The notes beneath the pieces are model-generated. The model saw nothing but the letters and a program-made list of their open reading frames with translations. It did no database searches and had not been told where the DNA came from. DNA of 63,646 nucleotides, counting the filler, from Octopus bimaculoides (Eukaryota), in the NCBI RefSeq assembly GCF_001194135.2. It is 6 parts of 6 records of this genome, joined end to end, with 100 filler letters (N's around TTAATTAATTAA, not from the genome) between each part and the next. Parts side by side here need not be neighbours in the genome. Positions count along the whole stretch, not along the records: positions 62,407 to 63,646 come from NW_026420892.1; 5 more parts are not named here. One strand, written 5' to 3'. The translations under genes were made by a program, and so were the position numbers. Positions 63,373 to 63,646 of the stretch are shown here, piece by piece; the stretch's first letter is position 1, and each line of letters starts with the position of its first letter.

Positions 63373-63646
63373 TTCTTGCCATTAATTTGGTGTAGATGAG
63401 TAATATCAAATAATTCAATCACAACATATATTTAAATTAAACATGAAAAAAATTGAAATATTATCACCACTTACATGGAAGAATTGAAATATTATCTTTC
63501 AGTATTTTATAAGGTAAAATCTCAAATTATTAAGTGACACATTATTAATTATCTTATAACAGCAATGGAAAAATGGAAAAATGCTAGCATGAAAAGTAAT
63601 ATTCTTAAGATTATAAACCTGGAAGAGTACAGGACAAGTTATTACA

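Overview
Eukaryotic, AT-rich, microsatellite- and retroposon-dense draft sequence. The SINE, RTE and microsatellite content points to an octopod cephalopod (probably Octopus; inference). Five synthetic 100-nt linkers (44 N + TTAATTAATTAA + 44 N) split the window into six joined segments, so adjacency across them is unproven. The only host gene I can support is nucleoporin Nup43 (WD40 subunit of the Y-complex) on the + strand: seven coding exons at 6830-20926 giving 311 codons, all with GT-AG introns and a continuous frame. I could not find its terminal exon, and a linker follows at 21398. Everything else recognisable is mobile or repetitive DNA: several tRNA-derived SINE families, RTE 3' ends, R4/Dong, Tx1 and Penelope-like fragments, mariner/Tc1 relics, hAT-, piggyBac- and Tc1-type MITEs, a short LTR and foldback palindromes. 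The most interesting observations are: (1) a tRNA-headed SINE carrying a Penelope-type minimal hammerhead ribozyme; (2) a head-to-tail stack of R4/Dong copies, each apparently inserted in the (TAA/CAA)n tail of its neighbour; (3) a mariner-Penelope-RTE chimera in Nup43 intron 3; (4) six Nup43 introns that are all 1.9-2.4 kb; (5) a CpG-decay footprint that tracks the gene body. I found no CRISPR array or prokaryotic-type system. All identities and alignments were done by eye.
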